The notes below the pieces were generated by a model. That model did no database searches and was not told where the DNA came from. It saw only the letters and a list, made by a program, of their open reading frames with translations. A stretch of DNA of 63,473 nucleotides, the filler included, from Octopus bimaculoides (lineage: Eukaryota): NCBI RefSeq assembly GCF_001194135.2. It is 4 parts of 4 records of this genome, joined end to end, with 100 filler letters (N's around TTAATTAATTAA, not from the genome) between each part and the next. Parts side by side here need not be neighbours in the genome. Positions count along the whole stretch, not along the records: positions 1 to 24,886 come from NC_068986.1; positions 24,987 to 56,652 come from NC_068988.1; 2 more parts are not named here. The stretch is one strand, 5' to 3'. The position numbers and the translations under genes were made by a program. The first letter of the stretch is position 1. Each line of letters begins with the position of its first letter. Shown piece by piece: positions 13,690 through 27,500 of this stretch.

Positions 13690-14850
13690 TGGTTTGATTA
13701 GGTGATGAAGCACCTGTCCAGATGGGTTTTAGTGGGTGTCCAGCTTCATAGAAGCTGCTGCGTATATTATATCATTTAATCTCGTCTTATTGATATTTGT
13801 TTCTCTGGATATGAGTTCTGCGACGGCCAAGTACTTGCTATTTATTATTGGTGCCGTTTTATTATCAATTTTAATTTTGGGGAGATATAATCGGTGGTCC
13901 ATACTGAGATCTTTGTCTTTGAATTATTTGATTATGTGCATTTTTAGAGTATCATAGTTACATCTTCGCTGTTTCCAGGATTTAGATTTGTTTCGTATTC
14001 CCTCCCTTCATATTGTTGCCTGTGGTGTTCTAGCTTGGTGCATTTTGCTTATCATTATGCATTCCTAAGTTCTGGGCTTGTTGTCTTCCGTTGTGTTCAT
14101 TTCGTTTTTGTTGAACATGTTACGCCTGTCTTCGTATTTTAGAGTCTCACTTCTTACAATATTATTTGTTATTGCAGTGTGGTTACTATTTACGTTTTCC
14201 TGATGTATTTCTTTCCTTTTAAGTGTTCCATTTCTATGTCTGATATGTTTTGTTTGTTTTGAGAATATATCACCGTATGTTAGCTAGGGTTCGTTGAGGT
14301 ATCTTTATCTTGGTTATTTTCCATACAGATTTTATATGAATATGTTGTGTTTTCGTTCTGTGGGTAGAACAGTGCTGTAAAATTACCGTGCCGAATCGAA
14401 ATATATTCATCACTTGTCCATTTATGCATGTGTGATTTATATTTGCGGGACATGAGGTATAACGTCCGGCCCTTTATTTTAATGGTTACCATTTTCATAG
14501 GGTAACGGTCCCTTCAGTGTTGGTGTTAAATGGCATTGCTAGTGTAGTTTTTCGTACATTTTGTGGATCAAGTGTAAAGTAAGTATTTCTCGTTTATTAT
14601 CCTTGGGTTGAATATTACGGGCATTATCCAGTTTATTTTTCATTATTTTGTGTATGGTGTTTGGAGATGATACAGTGTTAAAATATATTTCATTCGGAAC
14701 ATAGAAATAAATTTTAATGAGAATTACTTACTCGGATATAGCCCAACGATATGCCAGTTGGTTTAGGTTCCATTACTTGTGTGTATTCCCGATGTTTTTG
14801 TATAGATTTCGGTGCACTGTTTTATCGCTTTCACATGTTAAACGTCCCCG
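13690..14850 (-). mobile_element. Probable R4/Dong-like LINE N-terminal region, decayed
   Basis: MDHRLYLPKIKIDNKTAPIINSKYLAVAELISRETNINKTRLNDIIYAAAS resembles the pre-RT region of R4/Dong. Its 5' side abuts a long (TAA)n tract. Confidence 0.55.
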
Positions 14851-14863
14851 GTGTTGTTATTGC

Positions 14864-15164
<301 letters not shown>

Positions 15165-15530
15165 TTTAAGCTGGCGAAAGTGATCCAGCTGGCAGAATCG
15201 GTAGTGCACCGTGCAAAACGCCTCGCACAACTGCGATCCTTTTCACGTCCCACCGCGTTCAGATGTGACTCTCCTCATTTCGGGTTGATAGAATAACTAA
15301 CATCTGAGCACTGGGGTCGCTGTATCGAATGACTTATCTCTCCAAATTTGCTGGCCTTGTGCCAAAATTGGAAACCATTATGAAGGCAGCATAAAAGCTT
15401 AGCAGCATTTCATCCGGCTTTATACGTTCTGAATTCAAAAGCCGTCGGGGCCGACTGTAATTGTCATTCTTTCGTATTCGATAAAATATGCACAAGTCAA
15501 GTACTGCAGGCGGTATAATCAATCCCGCCA
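15165..15530 (+). mobile_element. Two tandem degenerate SINE family B copies
   Basis: AGCTGGCAGAATCGGTAG head and GCTGGCCTTGTGCCAAAATTGGAAACC tail, followed by a second body. Confidence 0.65.
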
Positions 15531-16109
15531 CCACTTAAGAAAAAAGGTATTCAGATATGTTGCGTATAGTATATATGGCAGTGGTCCAAATATAGGATAG
15601 AATATGCAGACACCGCGTCTGCTTCCGGCGTTTTCTCGACCTGTTATCTACTTATTTCGTTTTAGTGGTAAACGGTATTCTCACAGTAAAAGATCTGACC
15701 CCTATCGGCCTATTTCAGTCGTGTAAAACATATGACAATATATTAGATATACGGAAGGAGCAGCGTTCAAATTATGGGGAATATAAATTCGTGTACTATT
15801 TTAAAGTTCATATGAGAATTTATAGGTTATAGATAATCTTATGTGATTTATGAAACGTGTGCAGAAAACAAATAGTGCACAATATCTTTTGCACATAAAC
15901 ATAAGACCTAAACTTTAGAAGAGAATCGATTCTATCCGCTTGATTCGATTTCAGCATATTTCATGTCCTTTATCGATTCTAGAAGGACGCAGGTCAAGAG
16001 TAATTTCAACTCGGAATATAAAAGGACCAAATAATATGTCTCAAAGTAGAGAAAATTTGTTCGTAACACTAGTAGTCATTAACATGCCTGTGCAAACACA
16101 TACAGGCAG

Positions 16110-16143
<34 letters not shown>

Positions 16144-16924
16144 ACACACATACACACAGACAAACGCACACACACACATACAGACACACACACGCACGCG
16201 CACGCACACACACAATCACGAGCATACATATGTAGACGCACACACCACACACACTCACACAGCTCTATACTACCTCAAACATGTTATCTTGTTGCCAACA
16301 TAATGGCTTCATGGATAGATATGTAGATAGGTCGGTAAGGATAGGGACATAAATCAAAGTATTTGAATTTGTTAGCGGTGGTGTATAATGGCTGTAGAAA
16401 TGTTATATTGCCTCGGACATGGAATGGCATTTGAGGGCCTGGGGTCTCTATGGGATTTACGAAAAGAAAGAAAAATATACATGTAGACAAATAACTGCAC
16501 AAAGAAATCGATAATTTACGCAAACACACACACATGTATATATAGACGTACATATATACATATATATGTATGCATATATATACACATATATATTCACACA
16601 TATAAATATATCCATATATACCAATGAACACCTTTATATATATATATATATATATATATAGCAACGTGTAATCGCGCATTTTCAATCACTTCACAAATTC
16701 TCCGCATTTTAGATATTTGAATTGCTGTTGTCTGTTTAGTGTAACGACATGAGACTCCTTTTCTTTCACTTCTTCCTCTTTTATCCCATTTATTGTTTCG
16801 ATATTTTCGTGTGTATTTTCACTAAGTTACCGTCATTTCCCTCCCCGATGGTGTTTTCTTTTGTTCAATTGTTGTATCTAGTCTTCAGAATAGATTTTCG
16901 TGATTCATATTATAGTAAAATTCA

Positions 16925-17100
16925 TATTACTGCATTTGAAATAGATTTGATAATCATGTTACTCATTGCGTGACTTATATACCTATATTTCCTATTTCTA
17001 TTTTTGAAATAAAATTTCAAGTCATGTTCATATTGCGTGACTTATATAACTCTATTTCGTATCACTGCATTTGAAATTTATTTGAAAAACATGTTTACTA
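16925..17100. repeat. Diverged minisatellite, unit about 62-63 bp, about 2.7 copies
   Basis: Recurrent TGCATTTGAAAT...CATGTT...ATTGCGTGACTTATATA blocks. Confidence 0.6.
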
Positions 17101-17864
17101 TGTCAAAATGGTAAATGACGGATATACTTAAAACACAGTTAAAATCTTCGGCTTCATTGTGCATTATTTTCTCCAGGACATGTATAGTTGCCCACTTCTT
17201 AGTTCCTATCACGCGAAAAGTTTTTCTCGTCATTTACCGACAAATATTCGTGTTCCCTTCTCTTCTAGTTTCTTACCTTTCACTCATGATTTCTTCAACT
17301 ATGTGTCACGTTCCTGATCAAAGCAGCGTGTTGGCAGAATCGTTAGTGCCTCAGGAAAAAATGCTTAGCTGGATTTCTTCCTTATTTTATGTTCTGAGCT
17401 CAAATCTAATCGAGGTTAATATCAATTAGCAGTAAAGTAATTGGACTAATGTAATCTTGCAGTCCTTTCCTTCAAAAGAGCTGGCCTTTTGCCATAATTA
17501 GAAATTATTATTGCGATTATGTTTTGATATCACGTCAACTTCCCAACAGAAAGTGTGTTTGCCTGTGTGAGATTTTTTTTTATATTAGACACAAACACAC
17601 ACATACACAGACACACACACACACATACACGCACACACACGCACGCACACACACACACATACACGCACACATATGCTCGCAAATCGAGTCAGAATCCTTT
17701 TCTACTATGCTGCAACCGATTTCCACCACGATGTTATTTTTAGTCAAAATTTGAAACCGGAAGAAATACCGCGAAGCATTTTATCCAGCGTGCGAATGAT
17801 TCATCCGGTTTGTCATCTAATTTTGAGTTATCATCCCTTCTACTACAGGTACAAGATATATATA

Positions 17865-18040
17865 TCTTGTGGATGGGGGCAGTTGATTAATTCGACCCCG
17901 GTACCTATTCCAATTGGTATCTATTCCATCCAGCCCGAAAAAAATGAAGGGCAATGTCGACCTCGGCAGAACGTACAGACGGCTGAAATCCTGCTAAGCA
18001 TTCAACCTGGCATGCTAACGACTTTGAGAGCGTGCCACCT
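17865..18040 (-). mobile_element. SINE family B
   Basis: Reverse complement of the family B body. Confidence 0.7.
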
Positions 18041-18699
18041 TCATATAGAGTTATAGAATATAATATTACCATTGAACAAAAGATTAGTGTAGTCAGTTTC
18101 GGAGGCTGGATATTTATTATATTTTTACACGTAAACTCACCCTTCATTCAGATAAGTATTAAACTTACATCTGTCCTCCCATGTACATATATATATGTGC
18201 GTGCGTGTGGATATGTGTATATATGCGTCTGTAATTATGATGATGTAAATTTTGCGCTTTTTTCTCATAGTATTATTTGTTCGATCCCTTTATTTGACAA
18301 ATTGGGCAAATGATTTTTCGCGTAGTTTTAGAGGGATATGTGCCATGTGACTAAAACTGGGTGAATATACATTATGATAAAACACGTAGAATAAACTCTA
18401 TCTGTAATTCAAAACGCAGGCCTTACCTCACAATGAGTCACATTAATTCTATGTAATTTTTTAAAGTTAAAGTCGTCCCTTTGAATACTCACCTATTAAC
18501 ATAAGAAATCAATGTGTGGACAAGTCGATAGAAAGTGTGAATTTAATCGATTTTGAAACTTAATGAAGTTCCAGTCATTTGACTTCTAATTGTGTAACAT
18601 AATATTTCCCCAAATGAAATACTATAGAATGAATAATTATTTTCATTTTCAGCTTCAGCAATTATCTTAAATAATAAATCCATGCATTAGCATGAAATG

Positions 18700-18917
18700 T
18701 GTAAGGGGCTAAACATAGAGGGGACAAACATGGGCAGACAAACGGATTAAGTCGATTACATTGACCCCAGTGCGTAACTGGTACTTAATTTATCGACCCC
18801 GAAAGGATGAAAGGCAAAGTCGACCTCGACGGAATTTGTACTCAGAACGCTGCGGCGAATGAAATACCACAAAGCATTTCGCCCGGCGTCCTAACGTTTC
18901 TGCCAGCTCGCCGCCTT
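18700..18917 (-). mobile_element. SINE family B, near full length
   Basis: Colinear with 31022-31258 and 45612-45845. Confidence 0.85.
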
Positions 18918-19368
18918 AAATGTATTACTACTATGTGTATATGTATTACAGTCATGAGTAGCGGCCGTGGACATCAGTGCTGGCCTCTTCGTCTTCTTAA
19001 TCTTGTCCTCCATCTTCTCCATCACCATGGTCATCTACGTCGTCCTTGTCTCTTCTCCCTCGTCCTCTCCCTCGTTCCTCTCTACTTCTCCTTCTCCTCC
19101 TCTCATTATCAGCCTCATCATCATCATCTTTATTGTCAACAATCATCGCTGACTCTCGATCGTCGTCGCCATCATCATATTTTGCTTTACAGGCAACAGA
19201 TGTAAATTTAAAATTGTGTGTTGCTCATTAGCGTGAATTTAATGCACACTTATTCATGAATGCATACCCTCTAGAGCGAAAGGAGGGTGCTGTCTTGATC
19301 ATCTATTTTCATTTGAGAAAACATTTGAATTCACATAGAATTCTTTCATCAATTTCGTCTTCGATCAA

Positions 19369-19595
19369 GCGGATGTTATAGGAAAGCTGACGTAAGAAAA
19401 CGGAAGTTACAGATACTAGAATGATAGTAAACAGTGATTGGAAATTTAGTTTTCCATTGAAATAGCTGTATCAACAACAACGTTTTGAAAACATCATCTC
19501 ATCTCCCATAACAAAAGACGCTGTAACAAGTAGAGCAGAAAGCAAATGAACATCTGCAACACCGGTAAGAGCAACGAAAACAACATGGCTGATTC
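19369..19595 (+). promoter_or_regulatory. Candidate promoter and first exon
   Basis: ETS-like GCGGATGT (19369) and ACGGAAGT (19400), CRE-like TGACGTAA (19388), donor CCG|GTAAGA at 19564/19565, and YY1-like CAACATGGCTG at 19581. Motif inference only. Confidence 0.3.
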
Positions 19596-19781
19596 TAGGT
19601 GGTCGGACATACGATCTGCTAGAACAAGCAAGAAAGTCTCCCTCAAATTTTGTATTTTTAAAACAGAATGATCTCATATGTTAATCTAGTCAATGGTATA
19701 CCATCATCAGAAAAACTGCTCGAAAGATTTTGGTGGCGATCTACTTGCTCGAGAACGGCCTATATATATATATATATGTGT

Positions 19782-19821
<40 letters not shown>

Positions 19822-21719
19822 NNNNNNNNNNNNNNNNNNNNNNNNNNNNNNNNNNNNNNNNNNNNNNNNNNNNNNNNNNNNNNNNNNNNNNNNNNNNNNN
19901 NNNNNNNNNNNNNNNNNNNNNNNNNNNNNNNNNNNNNNNNNNNNNNNNNNNNNNNNNNNNNNNNNNNNNNNNNNNNNNNNNNNNNNNNNNNNNNNNNNNN
20001 NNNNNNNNNNNNNNNNNNNNNNNNNNNNNNNNNNNNNNNNNNNNNNNNNNNNNNNNNNNNNNNNNNNNNNNNNNNNNNNNNNNNNNNNNNNNNNNNNNNN
20101 NNNNNNNNNNNNNNNNNNNNNNNNNNNNNNNNNNNNNNNNNNNNNNNNNNNNNNNNNNNNNNNNNNNNNNNNNNNNNNNNNNNNNNNNNNNNNNNNNNNN
20201 NNNNNNNNNNNNNNNNNNNNNNNNNNNNNNNNNNNNNNNNNNNNNNNNNNNNNNNNNNNNNNNNNNNNNNNNNNNNNNNNNNNNNNNNNNNNNNNNNNNN
20301 NNNNNNNNNNNNNNNNNNNNNNNNNNNNNNNNNNNNNNNNNNNNNNNNNNNNNNNNNNNNNNNNNNNNNNNNNNNTATATATATATATATATATATATAT
20401 GAGTGTCTGTGTGTGAGTGTCTGTTTATTATGTAATACTTAACATATTACATGTTTAAAAAATTGTGAACGGATGGAGTATTCTGGAATGACTTTTGTCA
20501 ATATTCTCAGCATAACTAAATGAATAATCACGTCTTTAGTAAAGGGAATTAATACAAAAGCTATACATAACTATGCTGAGTAATGGCAGTTCTCTAAAAT
20601 ATAGTTATAGCAGCAGGAGAAGCAAAAACAGTGAATGGATATCAGACATCATTGAAATTAACAACAATAAGAATAACGTTAGAAGTAATAAAAAGTCATG
20701 TTGTTGATAATAACGACAATGATATAAATTACACAAACGCTAGGTTGGCTCTCATAAAATTGATGTATGATCAAGTGTATGAATACTATGCCCATTCCTT
20801 CCCAGCAACCTTGTATCTTGGTTTATATGATGTAACGGTGTGATTTGGAGAAATTTTGATTTGTATGTCTAGAAATCGAAGCTTACACTAACATGCTTCC
20901 TTACTTTTTTCATATCGGCTATGCTTTTGGGAATATGTAACTGATCCAGAATTCATTAGAGCATCTCTGAGCATTCCTGAATTACGTATTTAGAATATTT
21001 AAAAGAAGTTTAAATCTAAATAATATATTAAATTACTATGTATTTCATATTTCTTTTGCAATTCACCAAAGCAACTTAAACTTATTCAGGTAATATAATT
21101 ATTTAGTGACATATTAATATTCACATTTATACTAAGAGTTTAACTTTCAATTTAAGAAAAACAGCCTAAGCATTGATATAAAGACTTGAGGCAAGACTTT
21201 ATGTCTTGACTAAAGGAAAATTCAATACTGATATCGGAGTTTTAAATTAAAGTTTAAGATCAATTAATATTTATACTAAAATTGTAATTTGAAATTATTG
21301 GGAAATGATTCAGAACTTCAATATAATTGTTTTTATTTTGAAATGAGTTAATGCGAAAGGGAACCGAAATAGCAGATGTCGTTTAGATTACTACATGTAA
21401 TGACATGCCTGGAAATTATTCATATACGAAACGGTTAAGACTAGCTATTTTAGGTACTAGCTTACTGTTATCTATGAAGCAATTTTTGTTATATCCATAT
21501 GCTGTTCCATTATATTTCCACACTATAATTTAGAATTGAGAATCCATTACCTGTTTCTGCACTGAATTATGTCAAAATAATAGAATCGGATAGGAGAGAC
21601 AAAAGAATATCCATTATATAGTGACAATATTTCTGTTTTTCCCTCCATACTCTTTCTTTTTCTGTGTTATAAGGGCTGATCAGGTAGCACTTACAAGATA
21701 CAAGATTCTAAAACATGTA

Positions 21720-21783
<64 letters not shown>

Positions 21784-22351
21784 TGTGTGTGTATGTGTGC
21801 GTGTCGGCGACCTTTCACCGTTATTCGAAAATATGATTATTTACTATACATATTCAAGTAAAGAAGGCAGACATTCCTGAAACTAAACTAAACGGATTTT
21901 CGATTTCTAATCCGATCCAATTTGTATATTTTAGCCGGACACCGCTATCCAAAATGTATTTGGTCACATAATATAATTACTAATTCTTAGAAATACATGG
22001 CCATCCGATTACGTAAGAGATGAAGTATATTCGTGCATGAGATATTGGTTTAAGCTCATTCATTTTGGAATCAATTGTATTGGTGTCATTCGTCATTATA
22101 ACATAATGCAAGAAAATGCCATAAATATTTAATTGTAACAGCAAAATCGATGAAGGTCCCATCACAATTTTCCTATAATATAGTTGAAACTTACAAGTTA
22201 GGTAATGCTTTGTCAACCATCGATCTTTCGTCTTGCTGCAGTGTCTCGTTTAGAAGTTTCTGTAACGGAACTTGAAATTACTATGTAGCGCAATCCTTAC
22301 AAAAATATCTCATACTGATTTGAAGTGCACGTTACTACAATTTATAGTGGA

Positions 22352-22565
22352 GAGGATGAGCTGGTAGAATCGTTAGCATGCCGGGCAAAAATGCTTAGCA
22401 GCTTTTCATCCATCTTCACTTTCTGAGTTCCAGTTCCGAAGCGGTCGACATTGTCTCTCATCATTTCGGTGTCAATAAAATAACTACTAGTTGAGCGCTG
22501 GCGTCGAAATTATCGATTTACCCGAACTCCCGAAAGTTCTGGCCTTGTACCAAAGTTTGAAGCTT
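22352..22565 (+). mobile_element. SINE family B variant
   Basis: GAGCTGGTAGAATCGTTAGC head and CTGGCCTTGTACCAAAGTTTGAA tail. Confidence 0.75.
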
Positions 22566-23769
22566 AAATATTTAATATTGAGTCACGAAAATCAGTATAT
22601 TAATCAATGCTTATTATTACTGAAATATTTTCTTTTGAAAGTGGTGTCAAATTCCAGATAAAATTTCGTTTATAAACTCTTCTGAGGCAGACCCTTAGTG
22701 AAATAGTTTGCAGACAGGTAGTGAGACAGTTTAGAATATTGTGTATTATTTATAACAGTTATAAATAGGCATATATTAAAGAGTAATTAGTAAGAGAAGT
22801 CACCACCTTAGTTTTCTGACACACCCACACGTGCAGCAATAATTGAAATATTATTCATTGATTAATATATGTTGGGTATCACATATTCCCAATTGGATTT
22901 TCGAAGTTTATTACATTAAAAAAGAAAACTAGACTTAAAATTATGCAGACAAACGAAAGTTAACCCACATATATATACCTTATTTCAACAAGGTTGACGC
23001 ATAGCTGAATATAGTTTTAACGTAGTAATATTCACATGTCCCAACGAATTAACAATGATGTTTTACCTTATCTGTGCATTTAACATATAGTGAAATAGCG
23101 TTTGCAGTCATCTTAACAAATTTGAGGTGATATGCTAAGTGTAAATTAAGTAATAGTAGAGAGTAAGTATGATATCCAAAGTCAAATTTAGAATAATGTC
23201 CTCGTTAAAATGTCGGTATAATGGATTAGCATACAGTTAGTAGCAATCGTATTATCAATTATATCCTTCATCTCCTTCTTACATGGTCGTAGAGTCGGAA
23301 TGAAATAGATGAAAATAAAAGGAAAACAACCGTATGTCGAGCAGTAAATTTATTGGTAGCAGGCACGTAGTTTGGTGATTTACACTACGGGCATGGAATC
23401 TTGTTGCACGGAATAAATAATATACAGAAGTAAATGGAATGGATTTTTCTATTTTAGATATTTCTGTAATGGAAATCTTTATCCCATGTAAAGTGATTAT
23501 TATTTTAGGAGTAATTCGATTACGTACAACGACAGATCATCTATTTTGGTGCTGAGTTAATGATTGAAAAAAGAAAGGGAAATCACTAGAAAATAGTATA
23601 CGTTCCGTTAAATTTGCCATGTTTTTCCTACAATATATGTTGGCATTGAAACACAGGTTGATTTAAAAACAAATTAAATAATTAATATTTATTTTATAAA
23701 GTGATGAATAGGATGTAGTTTGGTATAAACACAACATTATTCAAACATTTATCTTCTTTAGTTATATAT

Positions 23770-24207
23770 ACAAAGTTATATATACAAAGTTATATATACA
23801 AAGTTATATATATATGCACAAATTTACCAGCTACAGTTGTGATTGTACACTTATAGATTACGTTTCGGATTAAACATCGGCCTAATAACGGACAGTAGGA
23901 TTTAACCCTAAAATTGCAACTAGGAGAATTAATTCTATTAATATTATTGATATTTATACCGCTATTATCATTAATATTACTATTAATATTAATCCTACTA
24001 CTACTATTGTAGTATCTTTCACATTCATCCCAGCATCATCAGGCATATCAGTAGTCCATGTACTAGTATGGACTTCAAAGTTGCAGTATATATTGTAGAT
24101 ATTAGAGGCATTATTACCGCTGTTTCTATTTTCTACGTCACGATTAATATCATTATTCATATTGTAGGGGTTTAAGTTAGGGTTGACATTAATATTATTA
24201 TTATTAC

Positions 24208-24283
<76 letters not shown>

Positions 24284-24460
24284 TCTTGCTAATTTTAAAT
24301 TCTTTCTGTTTAACCTTGCTGTGATAGTACCCATATTGGCGTTAGTGGAGTATGAGATTCTAACTGTCTTACGGGAAAAAAAATTCTGTTATATCTATGG
24401 GAAGCAGGAAAGGTTTTATTCTAGAATTGTTATAAATTTCTGTATATGATTATGGATATG
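23770..24460 (-). mobile_element. Penelope-like element fragment (thumb/linker plus start of GIY-YIG), decayed
   Basis: FSRKTVRISYSTNANMGTITARLNRK resembles the Penelope linker. After a frameshift, SCNFRVKSYCPLLGRCLIRNVIYKCTIT resembles the CxC..CPLxGxC..VVY motif before GIY-YIG. An internal (AAT)n encodes poly-Asn. Confidence 0.8.
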
Positions 24461-24930
24461 GCACAGTTGATCATATATAGGAAATACACACTTGGTCAAG
24501 TTTCCACCCAGTGGGACCGAACCTGTGAAACATGTGATTTAGCAAGCTTCTAACCACACAGTTAAGCCTGCGCCTGGTCACGAATAATTCTTTCAACGGG
24601 AGCAATGCAAAAGCAACATTATGCTGTAATTCACGTTCCAATATCTTTATATGAACGAATTCATATCGACATACTTGCGAACCGAATACAACAGAGAAGT
24701 GAAGTAATACTCAATGATGAGATGTTAGACTAAGTATGGTAGAAAATCAAAAGCGTGGAGGCAAATGACTGATCTATTGGCAGATAATTTGATACACACT
24801 GATAAATGCAAGAAATACACACACACACAGACACAAACACACACACACACATACATACACACACACACACACAGACACACACACACNNNNNNNNNNNNNN
24901 NNNNNNNNNNNNNNNNNNNNNNNNNNNNNN

Positions 24931-24942
24931 TTAATTAATTAA
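24931..24942. other. Artificial gap spacer TTAATTAATTAA
   Basis: Identical 12-mer embedded in N runs here and at 56697 and 60468; it gives stops in all six frames. Confidence 0.9.
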
Positions 24943-25094
24943 NNNNNNNNNNNNNNNNNNNNNNNNNNNNNNNNNNNNNNNNNNNNTATATGTAAATATA
25001 TATATATATATGAACATATATGTGCATTTTTAAATGTATGTTTGTGTTTGTGTATCCTTGACATCAAGATTGTAAAAGAGCATCACTGACTGTC

Positions 25095-25280
25095 ATGAAA
25101 GCAGTGGAGTTTTTTCCTTGTCTTTTGTGGAAAATATGCCTAACCATGGGAAAATATTACTTTGCTTGGAAACAGGTAAGGGCTGGTGACAGGAAAAATA
25201 TCTGGCTCTTGAAAATTTGCCTCAACAAATTTTGCTGGACGCATGCTCGCATTAAAAAGTGGATGTTAAATGATGGTGAA
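25095..25280 (+). mobile_element. SINE-like family D fragment
   Basis: TTGGAAACAGGTAAGGGCTGGTGACAGG...TTGCCTCAACAAATT is similar to 29870-30020. Confidence 0.55.
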
Positions 25281-25296
25281 GTACCTGTTCTACAGG

Positions 25297-25556
25297 TATA
25301 GTATAGTAGGTAAAAGCATTAGTTAATGCACTGCAGTAACTTAGAGGTTCTGTGTTCAATCCCAGGCAGGGCACTAAGGTAATTTTCATAATTCAACTGA
25401 AGCAAAAAATGTCATGAAATGCAGAGAACTGAATGAGAACAGTGTATCCCTGTTAGATAAAAGTAAAGGGTTAGGTTCATAATTCCAATGCAACAGCGGA
25501 GTTTAACACAAGACACCTGAAGAAGGCTGGAGCATACAACTGCCGAAATGTAATGG
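25297..25556 (+). mobile_element. tRNA-headed element carrying a decayed minimal hammerhead-like motif (25514-25556)
   Basis: B-box-like GTTCAATCCC at 25354-25363, then ACAC CTGAAGA A GGC...GCC GAAA TG TA. Confidence 0.5.
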
Positions 25557-27323
25557 AAGTTTAGTGGGTTCTTAGCCCACTAATTTAATATAATGTTTGG
25601 TCATTCTTTGGTAACTGTTAGAATCAATCCAGTGAGGAATAATAACAATTTGTGTGAGATTGTGAAGATTTCATGTACATGAGGAATTTATTCTAATACA
25701 AAGTGAGAGTATTTACACAGCATATGTAAATACAGAATGGCATTTGAATAAGAGAACGCTTTTGTCATGCCATATTCCATGACTGGTGAAGGGGATTGAA
25801 GAAAATTCAGTCAACAAGAAGTTGTCTCATAGCCGGTACAGAGATGGAGAACACCATAGCTAGTTGCAGGTAGTGTGAAGGAGAAGAAAGAGAGTGTGAG
25901 AGTTTGTGCATGTCTTTTGTGGCTAGGTAATGTGCGCCACCTAGTTACTAGTGATGTGACAGGGGAGATAACTATAGATGACTCCCATAGAAACATGATG
26001 TCACTGAATCAAATAAGGTCACCTACAGAAGTAACAGTCAAGATGAAGTCAGTAGTCTGACTTAATATAAACCATTCATCTAAGCAATACAGGATTGTAT
26101 TATTTCATTCAAATATTTTATTTCAAAGAAAAAATTCAACCCCTTAGAAGTACTTATTGCATACACCCAACCCATTGGAACCCTTTGATATCTACGACTC
26201 CCTTGTGAGCTTACAATGCTCCCCAAAAAAGCACATTTGCTCACCCAGCTGCAGAACTACCGCTCTAAACCACTGAATGTACTCAATAGATATAGTGGTG
26301 AGGTTTGAAATACTGATTGAAATACTGACTGCACAAATAGTATTCCATTGCTCTAACTTCATACAGCAACAGAACCAGCTACTACACATTTCCATTGTTG
26401 TCTTTGACAATTGGAGGCTGAAAATAAATAATCTGAAAACCTGCCCTCAACTAAAAAAAAAATATGTTTAATAATATAATAGTAAGTTAGGAGAATATCT
26501 GATGTGATATTCATCTGAATACCTCTGCAACCTGTCATGTCATTTGATAACCCCAAATGCTTTAGCAAAATATCTATATGCTATTTAATAAACAGGTGCC
26601 AATATATCATCTACAATAATATATCTGACAAAAACTTAAAAACTTTAACACATCATGAAAGGTGACATATGCAAACACACACATACACACACATATGCAT
26701 GCAGAAATGTATGTATGTACATGCATGATATATATGTGTGTGTGTATCTGTGTTTACATATATGTATGCGTGTGCCTACATATTATATCTATATACGTAT
26801 AGATATAAATAGATAGATATCTTAAAACATTTCCAATAACCAATAATTAATGACCAAGGACCAACCTTTTCTCCACCATTTCGTCAATAACAGGATAAAG
26901 AAGGAAAGCATGTCTTTGATTCTTTGTCCATTTTTGAAGAACGAATTTCCTAATTTAAGTTCCTTTCGGACATATACATTTCACTGACAAGTTATTCTGT
27001 GAGAAAATAAATAACATTTCATATATTTTGATAAACTTGGATATGCCATAAATAACAAGCTTACAGATGTTGTTGTTGTTATTATTATCTTCACTGTCAT
27101 CATTATTAAAATTGCAGTTGTTGTTATTCTGGTGGCTGACTTTACCATTATCGTTATTATTGTTGTTTGTTGTTGTTGCATAATGTAAAAGCTTTTGATG
27201 TACATATAGAAGTGCACATACATATCCACATAAATTCATAACATATACCTCCGCACATACACATATAAGCATACACATATACATAAGTATGTTAAAATAC
27301 ATATACACATCTGTATGTGTATA

Positions 27324-27500
<177 letters not shown>

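Noticed and set aside
23954-24334. 126-aa ORF with poly-Asn and an apparent transmembrane C-terminus
   Set aside because: It lies within the Penelope-like remnant; the hydrophobic end is an off-frame reading of Asn/Ile-rich repeats.
24713-24805. C box ATGATGA with downstream CTGA (snoRNA-like)
   Set aside because: No convincing terminal stem and no recognisable guide target.
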